Shown here piece after piece: positions 1-11,559 of a DNA stretch of 64,000 nucleotides. The notes beneath the pieces were generated by a model that saw only the letters and a list, made by a program, of their open reading frames with translations, searched no databases and had not been told where the DNA came from. Made by a program: the position numbers and the translations under genes. The stretch's first letter is position 1. Every line of letters starts with the position of its first letter. Source of the stretch: Eledone cirrhosa (Eukaryota); NCBI GenBank assembly GCA_964016885.1, contig OZ024755.1, positions 8,556,001-8,620,000 of the forward strand, in the 5' to 3' direction.

Positions 1-119
1 TACATTCACAGATACATACGCATGTCAATATGTGTGCACATGCATCTGTGTATATGTGCATATGCATGTGTGTGTATCTTTGTGTGTGAATACGGAGATA
101 CATACTTGTGTGTATATAA

Positions 120-233
120 GGCGGTGAATAGCGAGAATCTTTAGAGAGCGGAACAAATTTCCTGGCAGTATTTGTTTCGGTTAATTACGTTGTGAGTATA
201 AATTGTAGAGGTTAAATTTTCCTTTCATCCTTT
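120..233 (+). mobile_element. Degraded 5' part of tRNA-derived SINE family A (octopus OK/OR-type)
   Basis: GGCGGTGAATAGC start and TTTCCTTTCATCCTTTC match the better copies at 49469-49653 and 7986-8172. Confidence 0.5.
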
Positions 234-699
234 CAATGGATTGGCGGGATTATTGGAGTGTTGAATAAAATGCTTAGCAGAGTTGTTTTGTCCCTTGCGA
301 CAACACCGATACCAACCAAGCAGCGTCGGTATTTACCTTTCCATTGGAAAACATCGGACACATGAAAAGGGGGAAGAGTTTGCTTCAGGAACAATTGTGG
401 GTATTTCATATAAAAACCGAACACTTGTCCAGGCCATAAGCGTAGACAGAAACTTTCCATGAGTAATTACCTGGTCATGTCTCATTGTCAGACTCCTCTA
501 AAACACACATGCACGCACACGCCCACGCACGCGTGCAAGGACGTACGGTCGAGCGTGCATATATATGATATCTGTCTCTGTGTGAGTGTGCAGGGGTGTG
601 TTTGCGAGTTAGCGCATTTACTAAGAGAAAAGAGTCATGGAGCCAAATCATACTTTGATAATATATACGTGTTCCATGATGCATATCCTGCTTATTTTT

Positions 700-860
700 T
701 TCAGTATAATTAAGAAAGTTCGCGTCGTAATCATTAGATTAATGTTTCGATCCCATTGCATGGCATCATGGTTGTATGTCAGTTACCATGATTTTGGGTC
801 GACCTATGACTTGTGAGTGAAATTGTATAGACAGAAACCTCTTAGAAGCTCATCAGATGG
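700..860 (+). mobile_element. Degraded tRNA-derived SINE family C
   Basis: AAAGTTCGC..TTCGATCCCA..CTTGTGAGTGAAATTGTATAGACAGAAAC matches 43035-43205. Confidence 0.5.
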
Positions 861-884
861 ACTGTGCCATTAATCTGAGGTAGC

Positions 885-1052
885 CGGATTTTTCACATAC
901 TTTGTGTTGTGCTGAAACTCCCTGAAAACTACATTAAAGGTACATCACGTTTCTGGAGAATCCTCAGGTATTTATACATTAATGTCATGACATAGCTATT
1001 CCGTTGATCGAAAATCTGGAACACTTGTCAGAATCAATGGAATTCCAACAAT
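885..1052 (+). mobile_element. 3' part of SINE family B
   Basis: GCTGAAACTCCCTGAAAACTACATTAAAGGTACA..TTCCGTTGATCGA is shared with 8940-9070, 9400-9720 and 52850-53000 (minus). Confidence 0.5.
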
Positions 1053-1098
1053 ATCAACAATATATGTATATATGTGAGTGAGTGGGCGTGTGAGAGAG

Positions 1099-1148
<50 letters not shown>

Positions 1149-1152
<4 letters not shown>

Positions 1153-1352
1153 AACGAGTAGGACCCCGACGGCTGAGCTCAAGCCGTTTCGATGGCTAAT
1201 TCTGGACGCAGAATTAGCCAAAATTAGCCATTGAAACGGCTTGAGCTCAGCGCTCGGGGTCCTACTCGTTCCTATTACCCACTCTACTACCCTAAGTATT
1301 GAGTACTTTGGTGCGTTATGGTCCATCTGGTTCTTTACCACATTTCCTTCGT

Positions 1353-1355
<3 letters not shown>
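1149..1355 (+). mobile_element. (TA)n-inserted fold-back element, family H1 (Penelope-like/retrozyme remnant)
   Basis: ~125-bp palindrome 1149-1274 followed by the conserved tail TTACCCACTCTACTACCCTAAGTATTGAGTAC..CCTTCGTTA; (TA)n on both sides; 7 copies in the window. Confidence 0.8.
1163..1190 (-). ncRNA. 3' half of a type I hammerhead ribozyme
   Basis: Minus strand reads GAAAC-GGC-UUGAGCUCA-GCC-GUC-GGGGU: GAAA box, 5-bp stem III, GUC triplet; the CUGANGA box is absent from this copy. Confidence 0.7.
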
Positions 1356-1387
<32 letters not shown>

Positions 1388-1392
<5 letters not shown>

Positions 1393-1504
1393 GAAGTGTG
1401 GTAAGGAACCTGGTGGACCATAACGCACCAGAGTAGTCAATACATAGGGTAGTAGAGTGGGTAATAGGAAAATGTTCAAGACCCCGACGGAACATTTTTC
1501 CTAT
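1388..1504 (-). mobile_element. Family H1 copy, short fold-back, tail-to-tail with 1149-1355
   Basis: Reverse tail GGAACCTGGTGGACCATAACGCACCAGAGTAGTCAATAC plus hairpin TAGGAAAATGTTC..GAACATTTTTCCTA. Confidence 0.75.
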
Positions 1505-1520
1505 ATATATATATATATAT

Positions 1521-1722
1521 AGAAAAACCACAGACCCTCCATCTCAACTCTATTTTTGAAAAGCAGAAGAACTCCGAAACCGGTAAAGGAACCAAATAAA
1601 TATATATATTTTTTTTTTAAATAAGACTCCAGTTGCATTTTCGATTTCATCTTTTTTTCTTTATACTTTCACTCGTGTAGGACACCTCGGTTATTTTTCA
1701 TTTTGTAAAAAACTTCACTTTC
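1521..1722 (+). mobile_element. (TA)n-flanked insert with a decayed minimal hammerhead
   Basis: TTGAAAA-GCAG..CTCC-GAAACCGGTA (GAAAC at 1576) followed by AATAAA at 1595. Confidence 0.5.
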
Positions 1723-2030
1723 TAATATATATATATATATATATACCAATATATATAACAATATATAACTATATATATATACCAATATATATAACAATAT
1801 ATATATACCAATATATATAACAATATATATATACCAATATATATAACAATATATATATACCAATATATATAACAATATATATATATATTGGTATATATAT
1901 ATCAATATATATATACCAATATATATATACCAATATATATAACAATATATAACTATATATATATATATATATTTGCGGGGACAAAATCGTCGTAACGTCA
2001 AAAGAAAACAGCTCACTAATACAGTAGTTT

Positions 2031-2070
<40 letters not shown>
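1723..2070. repeat. Interrupted (TA)n microsatellite with CCAA/ACAA punctuation
   Basis: Direct reading. Confidence 0.9.
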
Positions 2071-2072
<2 letters not shown>

Positions 2073-2655
2073 ATAATGTGTGTGTTTGTGTACATGATAA
2101 AGTGTTACATGTGTACAATATTTGCATAGTTACAACAACTACAACATTTTGATATGATGCCACTATACATCCTTAAGACGTCGTCTACTACAAACACTGA
2201 ATATACATCAGATGAGATCAGATGAAAACGGCTAGAAATATATATGGAGAGAAATCAATACAGACAACAGAACGATAAAACAAAGTCCAACTAAATGAAC
2301 AAGAAATAAACATTGTTTTAAAGCAAACAAATAAAACCTGGATCAAGTAATAAATTTTCTGTAAAGGAAGAAGGCAAATAACAAAATGAAATATTAAAAT
2401 ACATGAATACATGATGTTGCTGCATTCGAGTGAAAAGAATTATGGTTTTAAACTTCTGAAGAACCAACAAACTCACTAAAGTACATATCAATGATTAAAT
2501 GGATAGAGTTGGGGTAATGTTTGGCATTGTATATATATATATATGCATATATACATATATTGTGTATATATATATACAATATATATATCTATATATATCT
2601 ACGATTGTCAATTGAATATGTGCTGTTGTGTAGAAATATGGATGTGTGTGTTTAA

Positions 2656-2692
<37 letters not shown>

Positions 2693-3344
2693 TATGTTTA
2701 TATATAGGTTATTTATGTATATATATATATATGATATGTATATAAATATATATGTATATATTTATATATATATATATACACAGTTATATATATATATATA
2801 TATATATATTTACATTTATGTACATGCGAACAAATATTAACTTCTCTGTATGTATGTGTATATATATGATGTTTGTATGTGTGTGTAATTATAAGAAGAT
2901 TATATATCTGTGTATGATACAAAGAGGTCAAATACAAAAAGCTAGAATCTGTGTATGTTTTACGCTATGGCAGTGGTGATGGTGTTTTATGTCCGATACT
3001 TCAGATCGCTGATTTATCGTCTATCATAATCTTATGTGAACAATGACCTTTACTGCCAAATTATTGTCTATTAGTTCACAGAGAAAAGTTTTCACTGCTC
3101 TCAGATTATGTTTGAAATAGTTTTGCTTTACATGTTTCCTTCTTATGTTTACTCATTATTGTCAATACTAACTTCTTCAGTTTAGTACTAATATTTTTTT
3201 TTTCGTTCTTTATTCTCCACTTGTCTATTAATAATTCTCTTTTAACTTATTGAAGTGGCATTTTTAAACAACAAAAAAGTATTCGAATATTTTAAAGTAA
3301 TTTATTATTTAGTAATACATAATTGTACATTAGCATATTCTGTA

Positions 3345-3525
3345 GAGATCGCACAAATTCCTATCGGTATATAGTCACGACTTTTACTCCTCAGTTCAAA
3401 TACAACCCAGGCCAACTTTGCTTCCATCCATCCGGGGTCGATAAAGTAAAATACCAAATAAATACTAGGACCGATATAACCAACTTCCGTCTTTCCCCAA
3501 ATTAGTGGACTTTGTTTAAATTTCA
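3345..3525 (+). mobile_element. SINE family A, diverged
   Basis: CAGTTCAAATAC..AACTTTGCTTCCATCCATCCGGGGTCGATAAAGTAAAATACCA. Confidence 0.65.
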
Positions 3526-4223
3526 CAAAAATTTATTTACTAATAAATTTATTTTAATTTCTAAAGAGAAAGAAATGCAATTTTCAAAATTTACAAAATT
3601 ACCGCCGTCGATTCATTCCCAGGTCGATAAATAAAGTACCTATCCTCTCTGTCTATTTCTCTCTCCCCATCTTTCTGTCACTCTCTGTCTCTCTCACGTT
3701 CTTCACTCTCTTTCTCTCTGTCACTGTCACACACACACACACTCTCTCTCTTTCTTTCTCTCTCCCTCTAAGAAGAAGAAGAAGAAATAGTTTGTGTTCA
3801 GACATGGGGAGGAGATCGTCACCGTCAGGTTACAATATGCCACTACGGCATTCCACCGAAATTGAAATAATTTTTATGTAAGAATCTTTATATTCTTACC
3901 GTCAGAATAACGAGAAAGTTACTTGTATTACGAAATTCCTGGTTAATTCAGAATTATTTGGAAATCATAGACCGCGTCATTCATTAGTAATATAGTAATG
4001 AAAGTGTTAAGACTTCCTCTCTCTTCACAGTCACTCATCTCATTTCTTGGTACAAAATGTGTTCAAAATGGCGCTAGCTGATCAGCACTTGATCTATTTT
4101 AAAATATAAAAATGTTAAACGTATAGTATCCATTCAAACATCTTAAGAAACACTTTCTTCATTGGAACGTTCTTTACTTAAGCTATAAGACTTCGTCTGG
4201 AAGTCTCTTTCTCTCTCTCTCAT

Positions 4224-4284
<61 letters not shown>

Positions 4285-4352
4285 ATATATATGAGAGTGA
4301 GAGAGAAAGGGAAATATATATACATAAATATAATGTAATATCTCTCTCTCTC

Positions 4353-4395
<43 letters not shown>

Positions 4396-4989
4396 TTGAA
4401 AGTCCATTAGTTGGTATTTGATCTACTTATAGCCCGATAATTGTTGTGATGGTGATAGTGATGATGATGTGGATTATATTCATAATGGCGGTGATGATGA
4501 TGACGATTTTGATATTGATTTATCGAACTCACTCATGATATACCAGATTGGCGTGACTATTACATGCTGGCAGAACTGGAGGCAATATTTATCCGTGAGG
4601 TAGTTTATAAGAGATGGGAAAGATAGTTTTATCAGCCTTCTTAGATAGACATGGCTTGGAAGTTGTGTTAAAATATATGTTCTGATATAGAGGAGCAAAT
4701 ATATATTGCGGGGAATGGTATATTCGATGTTATCCACACGACAAAGATGAAAGGCAACTTTGAATGTGGCGAGTTTTTAACCCAAACGTAAATTTATTGT
4801 TGTTGATGAAGGGTGGTCCAGGAGAATCCTGCTGTCGAGGTGCAAATAGGCCGAAACAGCTGAGGTACTTGCACTTTTTTTTGTTACTATATACAACATT
4901 GCCTGTATCACATCCCTATATGTTGGTATTGTTCGTGGTGGTATTATGAATGTGGGATGAAAGCCCTGGATGGGGTAGTAGTAATGTGG

Positions 4990-5960
4990 TAATGATGGCA
5001 GGTGCAATGGTGGTGGTGTTGGCGGTAGTGGTTGTGGTAGTATTGGTGATTGTGGTGGTGTTGGTGTGTGTTGGTGATTGTGGTGGTGTTGGTGTGTGTT
5101 GGTGGTTGTGGTGGTGTTGATAGTGGTGGTGGTGGTGTTGATAGTGGTGGTGGTGGTGTTGATAGTGGTGGTGGTGTTGATAGTGGTGGTGGTGGTGTTG
5201 ATAGTGGTGGTGGTGGTGTTGATAGTGGTGGTGGTGGTGTTTATAGTGGTGGTGGTGGTGGTGGTGTTGGTGGTAGTGTTTGATAGAGTTGGTGGTGTTG
5301 GTGGTGATGGTGTTGATAGTGTTGGTTGGTGGTGTTAGTAGTGTTGATGATTGTGGTGGTTGTGGTGGTGTTGGTGGTGGTGGATGTAGCAGTGGTTTTG
5401 ATGGCTGTGACGGGTGTGGTGTCGGTTGTGATGTCAGTAACAGTAATGGCGGCGGATAAGGTTTTTGGTAGTAGTAATGTTAGCGGTGATGATGAATGCC
5501 CTAGCGTGGTGGTGTTGTTAGTGGTGGTGTTGTTCGTGGTGGTGTTGTTAGTGGTGATGGTGCTAGTGACTGTAGTGATAGTGGTCGTGTTGCTGCTGTT
5601 GTTAGAGATGGGGTGGGATCGTTAGTAATGGAGATGTTTAGGATTATGCTGGAGATGATGGTGATGGTGATGGTGTTGGAAATCGTGAGGTTGGTGGTGG
5701 TGAAGGTGCTGGTAGTGATGGTGATGATGATGGCGATGCTGTTGGAAAAATTGAGGTTGTTGTTGATGATGGTGGTTGGCGTGCTAGTGGTGGAAACGGT
5801 GATGAGGAGGATAGTAGGAGTGGGCTGGGGGTAAATGTGATGGTGATGGTGTTAAAGGTGGTTGTAGAGACATTGTAAGCTATGTGGTTTCACTGGTGAG
5901 GGAGATGATAGTGGTGGTTGATTTACTAGTCTAGGTGTTGGCGATGGTGGTGGTTATTGT
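4990..5960. repeat. (GGT)n/(GAT)n low-complexity region with ~21-bp GTTGATAGTGGTGGTGGTGGT units
   Basis: Direct reading. Confidence 0.85.
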
Positions 5961-6560
5961 TGTAATATATTCTATAGATTATGAACTAAGCACCACTAAT
6001 CACTAATGATGGGAAAAGAGAGACATAATTTTAAATAAAAAATTAAATAAATGAGTAAAATAGGAATTAGGTTAAAAAAGATAAAAGAAAAGATCGTTAG
6101 GGTTGGGAATGGGGGTGCGGATATTTCATTGTGGAGGTCTGGGCAGGTGAAATTGAAGTACAGGTAAAATAGGTTAATTAAGGGACGTTTAAAGTCAAAA
6201 CGGAAATGACTACTACACAGACAATGGTTGATTATACATCAATCTGTCTGTCTATCTAATCAAAATATGTCTATTTAACTCCTGAAATTACTACAGCCCC
6301 TCTCTCACACTTTCTCTCCCCCCCCCCCTCTTTCTCTCTCTGTCTCACACACCTTCTCCTCCTCCTTCATTTACTAAATTTCTTTCCACTTTTGAAAATC
6401 ATTACACACGCACACTTATATACAGACACACATGTATATATTTGTATTCATTTATTATATATATATATATACATAGTTCAAGATTAAATGAGACAAAGAC
6501 TGGGATACAAAAATGCCTGATTATGTTCAATATGTACATACAGACATGCATATATATATA

Positions 6561-6911
6561 TAGGAAAAAGTATGATCCCGACGGCAGAGCTCAAGGCTAT
6601 TTCTGGACTAAATTAGAATTTTTAGCCTGGTGAATAAATAGCCGAACTTGTCAAGGGGTACTTCCTTATATCGAATTGACAACTATATGGATTGATAACT
6701 ACAATCTCCCCATATAAGGAAGTACCCCTTGAGAAGTTCGGCTATTTATTCACCAGGCTAAAAATTCTAATTTAGTCCAGAAATAGCCGTCGAAACGGCT
6801 TGAGCTCTGCAGTCGGGGTCATACTTTTTTCCTATTTCCCACTCTACTACCCTAAGTATTGAGTACTCTGGTGCGTTATGGTCCATCTGGTTCCTTACCA
6901 TAATTCCTTTG

Positions 6912-6914
<3 letters not shown>
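6561..6914 (+). mobile_element. Family H1, longest copy, ~270-bp fold-back
   Basis: Arms 6561-~6670 and ~6712-6834 are near-perfect inverted repeats, followed by the H1 tail and (TA)n. Confidence 0.85.
6724..6819 (+). ncRNA. Complete but decayed type I hammerhead ribozyme
   Basis: Stem I ACCCC/GGGGT; core TTGAGAA (TTGACAA in the mirror arm, cf. CUGACGA); stem II CGGCTATTT/AAATAGCCG; GAAAC at 6792; stem III; GTC at 6812-6814. Confidence 0.65.
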
Positions 6915-6953
<39 letters not shown>

Positions 6954-7985
6954 TGATGGCCGAATGAATTAACTATGGAGATATAAAAGATGCAGAAGCG
7001 AAAACCAACCAAACAGTGAGTGTGTTCTGTTATTATTTCTGGCAATAGTATTACATATATTCCTCATATATATACACACACACATATAAATATTCATACA
7101 TATATATATATACACACACAAACACATCTCTCGAGGAGAAGGTCACTCTGATATAAAACCTGCGACCAGTTCTAATTTTGGGTAAATGTATTTGATGTTC
7201 AAAGACGGGTATTGGCCCCATGCAAAGCCTTTCCTCACTTCAAACACAGGCATCGCTTGATATATGATTTTTTTTCCGATGCATGGCATTGCTGGCCATA
7301 GGCAAGACCCTAGGACTAAAATGCCACGTCCATGGTGTTCATGGTTAAGTACCAAGCAATGGCATTACTCGAATCCGAATTGCAGCCATAATTATCATCA
7401 TGTACGTATGTATGTATGGGTGTATCTATTTAGGTATTAATGTACATATGGATGAATCGATATATGTATGTATATTATGTATGTGCCTATGTAAATCTAT
7501 CTTCCCATCTCTCCATCTTTAAATATAATATAGCCAATTCTATATACGCCTTGATCCACTTCCAATAAATTCACCATCTTTCCGCTGCTTAATATTATTT
7601 TTTCCATTCCTACAACTCCGTTGTATTGGTTAAAGTGAAGACATAAGGTTGACGATGACGATGGTAAGATGAAATATTGTTGCATGACTATCATAATGAA
7701 TGGTGCATGTTTCCTTCTACATCTGGACACGACACTATATTTTACATGCCTCACTTGACCAACCTCGTTGATATAAGCATCAGCGATTCACTCATAGAGA
7801 GAGATAAAACTAGAGAGAGAGGCGTGTATAGCTTGGGGCTGGCTGGCGAAACACATTAAATGTTGAGCTAAGGATGATTAATGAATATATATAGCTCTTG
7901 GAACCATTCATTAATACTATTATTAATATTTTCTCTCTCTCTCTCTCTCTATAGTATATATATAGTATATATGTATAGTAATAAT

Positions 7986-8172
7986 TATTTCTACTTTTGG
8001 TACAAGGCCAGCAATTATATCAGTGTATTACTGGTACTTTATTTTATCGACCCCGTAAGGATGAAAGGCAAAGTTAACCTCGGCGGGATTTGAACTCAGT
8101 CCGTAAAGGGACGTAACTGTGCTGCAAAGCATGGCACCCGACCCTCTACTGATACTGCCAATTCACCGCCTT
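7986..8172 (-). mobile_element. Full-length tRNA-derived SINE family A with 18-bp TSD
   Basis: B-box GAGTTCAAATCC on the minus strand; TSD TATATGTATAGTAATAAT at 7968-7985 and 8173-8190. Confidence 0.85.
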
Positions 8173-8199
8173 TATATGTATAGTAATAATAATTTTAAA

Positions 8200-8278
8200 T
8201 GTGAAGACTAAAATCCAAGAAGATCCCATTGAGGGTGAAAGCAGCGAAATTTTGCTTAAACTTTAATCTGTTATATTA
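8200..8278 (+). mobile_element. Microsatellite-associated family H3, 3' end
   Basis: GAAGATCCC..AGGGTGAAAGCAGCGA..AAACTTTAATCTGTTAT is shared with 55662-55720 and 61580-61660 (both minus). Confidence 0.7.
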
Positions 8279-8282
8279 ATAT

Positions 8283-8314
<32 letters not shown>

Positions 8315-8769
8315 TATACTACTGAGATTATTCTCTGATGCTTGATCCCTCGTGTTTAGCAGCAATACTCGATATTCGGAGTATCAACAGAGAGTATAAT
8401 CTGTAATATGATAAATATACTTTACTTTAGCATGCTTTGCTATGTTTATAATCCCGAACGTACTGATGTATGAATATATATATATGTATATGTATATGTA
8501 TATATATGTGTGGGGGTGGGGTGTATACCTATGCATATTTATCATTATTCTTGCCAATTGAATACAATTCGCTTCGCCGAGGATGTATAATATGGTGGAA
8601 ACATGTCCGTAACTATAGAAACCAGATCCACTAAAACCCGCATTTTCCTAGATTTTACTACAATTAATTGATTTTATCGGAGTTAACAGCTGAGAAGCAA
8701 CCAGTCCGTCATTGTGAGGAATTATATCTTCAATTCATTCAATATGAATACATACTCTACTTATTTATG

Positions 8770-9070
8770 TGTAGGTGAATGGTTGACCGGTTAGAGCTAT
8801 TTACTGATGATTGCTGGCTCGTGAATTCAACTCCTGGCTCGGAGAGCGTATTGTAACCTTGGGGAGGAAACCTCATTTTCTCGGCTACAATCCACTCAGC
8901 TGCCAAAAATGGGTTGTCCCTACAATTGAAACAGCCTGCCTTATCACAGACAGTGTTGCGCTGAACCTCCCTAGTTACACGTGTCTGTAGAATTTAACGA
9001 GCAGTTATTATTCCCGGTGTTTAAATACCTGGAAAACCCGCCATCATAACTGAGTGAGGTCCAACAACAA
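8770..9070 (+). mobile_element. SINE family B, diverged
   Basis: tRNA-like head (GTGAATTCAACTCC), CACTCAGCTG core and a 3' part shared with other copies. Confidence 0.55.
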
Positions 9071-9269
9071 ATTATATAATGATTACTTTCTTAAAGCTCT
9101 CGACCCTCCAGCCTTTGTTTCATTGGTGCATTCAGAATGTGATGGTGGTATTTACTTTATCGACTAAACAATGATGAAAGCCAATGTAGACTTTGGTCGG
9201 ATTTGAACTCAGAATGCAGTGAGCCTGAACAAATTTATAAAGTTCTCACAGATCTGCCAGCTTGATCAG

Positions 9270-9720
9270 CGTAAGATTATGAGATCGTGAGATCGATTCG
9301 TTGACTACACTTCGCATTGTTTCTACACTTCGCATTGTTTCTGTTTACTCAACTGGCTAAAATGAGTTGTACTTGTAATCAAGCGATCAAGCCTTGTCAC
9401 AAACTGTGCCACACTGAATCTCCCTGAGAACTATGTTAAAGGTGCACCAATGTGTGGGAGGCTCAACCAACTTTAATGTAATTTCACAAGCAAGCAGTAT
9501 TTGGGTTAAATCACTTGGAGCCTTCGTTATTCGCAAGAGTTGTGACCTGACTGAAGCAGTACTTCAAATGGCCAGTCTTGTTATACTGAATCTTACAGAG
9601 AAAAGCATTATTATGTGTTTGTGGAGTACTCAGCCATTTGAATGTAAACTTTATGAACAGGTTGCCTCATTGATCGAACATTGGAACATCCATCGTCAGA
9701 ACCGGTGAAGGTCCAATAGT
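9270..9720 (+). mobile_element. SINE family B fragments (two tandem 3' parts)
   Basis: CTGAATCTCCCTGAGAACTATGTTAAAGG and TGTGGAGTACTCAGCCA motifs. Confidence 0.5.
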
Positions 9721-11206
9721 AGTAGTAGTAGTAGTGGTGGCGGTGGTGGTGGTAGTAATAGTGGTAGTGGTGGTAGTAATAGTAGTAGTGGTAGTGGTGG
9801 TAGTAATAGTAGTAGTAGTAGTAGTTGTGGTAGTAGTAGTAATAGCACTAGCAGTAGTAGAAACAACAAGAGATGCGGTAGTATTGGTAGTAATAGTAGC
9901 AACAGCAATAGTAGTAATAGTAGCAACAGCAATAGTAGTAGTAGTAGTAGCAGCAGCAAAAGTAACATTAGCAGCAGTAGTAGTAGTAGTTGTAGCAGCA
10001 GTAGTAGTAGTAATAACTCTAGCAGTAGTAGAAACAAGAGCAGCAGTAGTAGTTGTAGTAGTAGCAATGTTAGCAGCAGCAATAGTAGTAGTAGTAGCTA
10101 AGTAGCATTAGCAGCAGTAATAGCTCTAGCAGTAGTAGAAGCAACAAGAGTAGTAGTAGCAGTAGTAGTAACAGTAGTAGCAGAGCAGCAGCAGCAGTAA
10201 TAGCTCTAGCAGTAGTAGAAGCAACAAGAGTAGTAGTAGCAGTAGTAGTAACAGTAGTAGCAGAGCAGCAGCAGTAGTAGTAGTAGTAGCTAAGTAGCAT
10301 TAGCAGCAGTAATAGCTCTAGCAGTAGTAGAAGCAACAAGAGTAGTAGTAGCAGTAGTAGTAACAGTAGTAGCAGAGCAGCAGCAGCAGTAATAGCTCTA
10401 GCAGTAGTAGAAGCAACAAGAGTAGTAGTAGCAGTAGTAGTAACAGTAGTAGCAGAGCAGCAGCAGCAGTAATAGCTCTAGCAGTAGTAGAAGCAACAAG
10501 AGTAGTAGTAGCAGTAGTAGTAACAGTAGTAGCAGAGCAGCAGCAGCAGTAATAGCTCTAGCAGTAGTAGAAGCAACAAGAGTAGTAGTAGCAGTAGTAG
10601 TAACAGTAGTAGCAGAGCAGCAGCAGCAGTAATAGCTCTAGCAGTAGTAGAAGCAACAAGAGTAGTAGTAGCAGTAGTAGTAACAGTAGTAGCAGAGCAG
10701 CAGCAGCAGTAATAGCTCTAGCAGTAGTAGAAGCAACAAGAGTAGTAGTAGCAGTAGTAGTAACAGTAGTAGCAGAGCAGCAGCAGTAGTAGTAGTAGTA
10801 GCTAAGTAGCATTAGCAGCAGTAATAGCTCTAGCAGTAGTAGAAGCAACAAGAGTAGTAGTAGCAGTAGTAGTAACAGTAGTAGCAGAGCAGCAGCAGCA
10901 GTAATAGCTCTAGCAGTAGTAGAAGCAACAAGAGTAGTAGTAGCAGTAGTAGTAACAGTAGTAGCAGAGCAGCAGCAGTAGTAGTAGTAGTAGCTAAGTA
11001 GCATTAGCAGCAGTAATAGCTCTAGCAGTAGTAGAAGCAACAAGAGTAGTAGTAGCAGTAGTAGTAACAGTAGTAGCAGAGCAGCAGCAGCAGTAGTAGT
11101 AGTAGCTAAGTAGCATTAGCAGCAGTAATAGCTCTAGCAGTAGTAGAAGCAACAAGAGTAGCAGTAGGAGTAACAGTAGCAGCAGCAGCAGCAGCAGTAG
11201 TAGTAG
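9716..11206. repeat. (AGT/AGC)n region containing an 80-bp higher-order minisatellite
   Basis: Exact 80-bp period visible across 10381-10700; not a multiple of 3. Confidence 0.9.
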
Positions 11207-11559
11207 TTATATATCCAATGTATTAATGAAGTTGATTTCTACTGCTACTTCTGCTGAAGCTGCCGCGACTGCTGCATCTACTGAGGCTGCTGCTGTGGTT
11301 GCTTCTACTGGTGCTGCTGCTGTGATTGATTCTACTGGTGCTGCTGCAGCTGCGGTTGCTTTTACTGCTGCTGCTGCTGTGGCTGCTACTACCGGTGCTG
11401 CTGGTACTGCTGAGGATGCAACTGCTGCTGGCTCTGCCGTCACTGCTCTAGCTGCTGTACCGTTGCTGCTGCTGCTGTTGTTACATATATATATAGTTTT
11501 CTTCCACCAGTTGCTGCTGTCATTTCTACTTCAGCTGTTGCATGTATATCTACTGCTGC

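Noticed and set aside
1149-1355. H1 as a MITE or Helitron
   Set aside because: The inverted repeat covers only one end, varies in length per copy and contains hammerhead parts; no TIR pair at both termini and no CTRR end.
3802-3828. Possible 27-nt exon after TGTGTTCAG
   Set aside because: Donor GTTACA is poor and there is no other support.
9696-11043. Poly-Leu/Val/Thr ORFs
   Set aside because: They come from an AGT/AGC satellite with an 80-bp period that shifts frame every unit.
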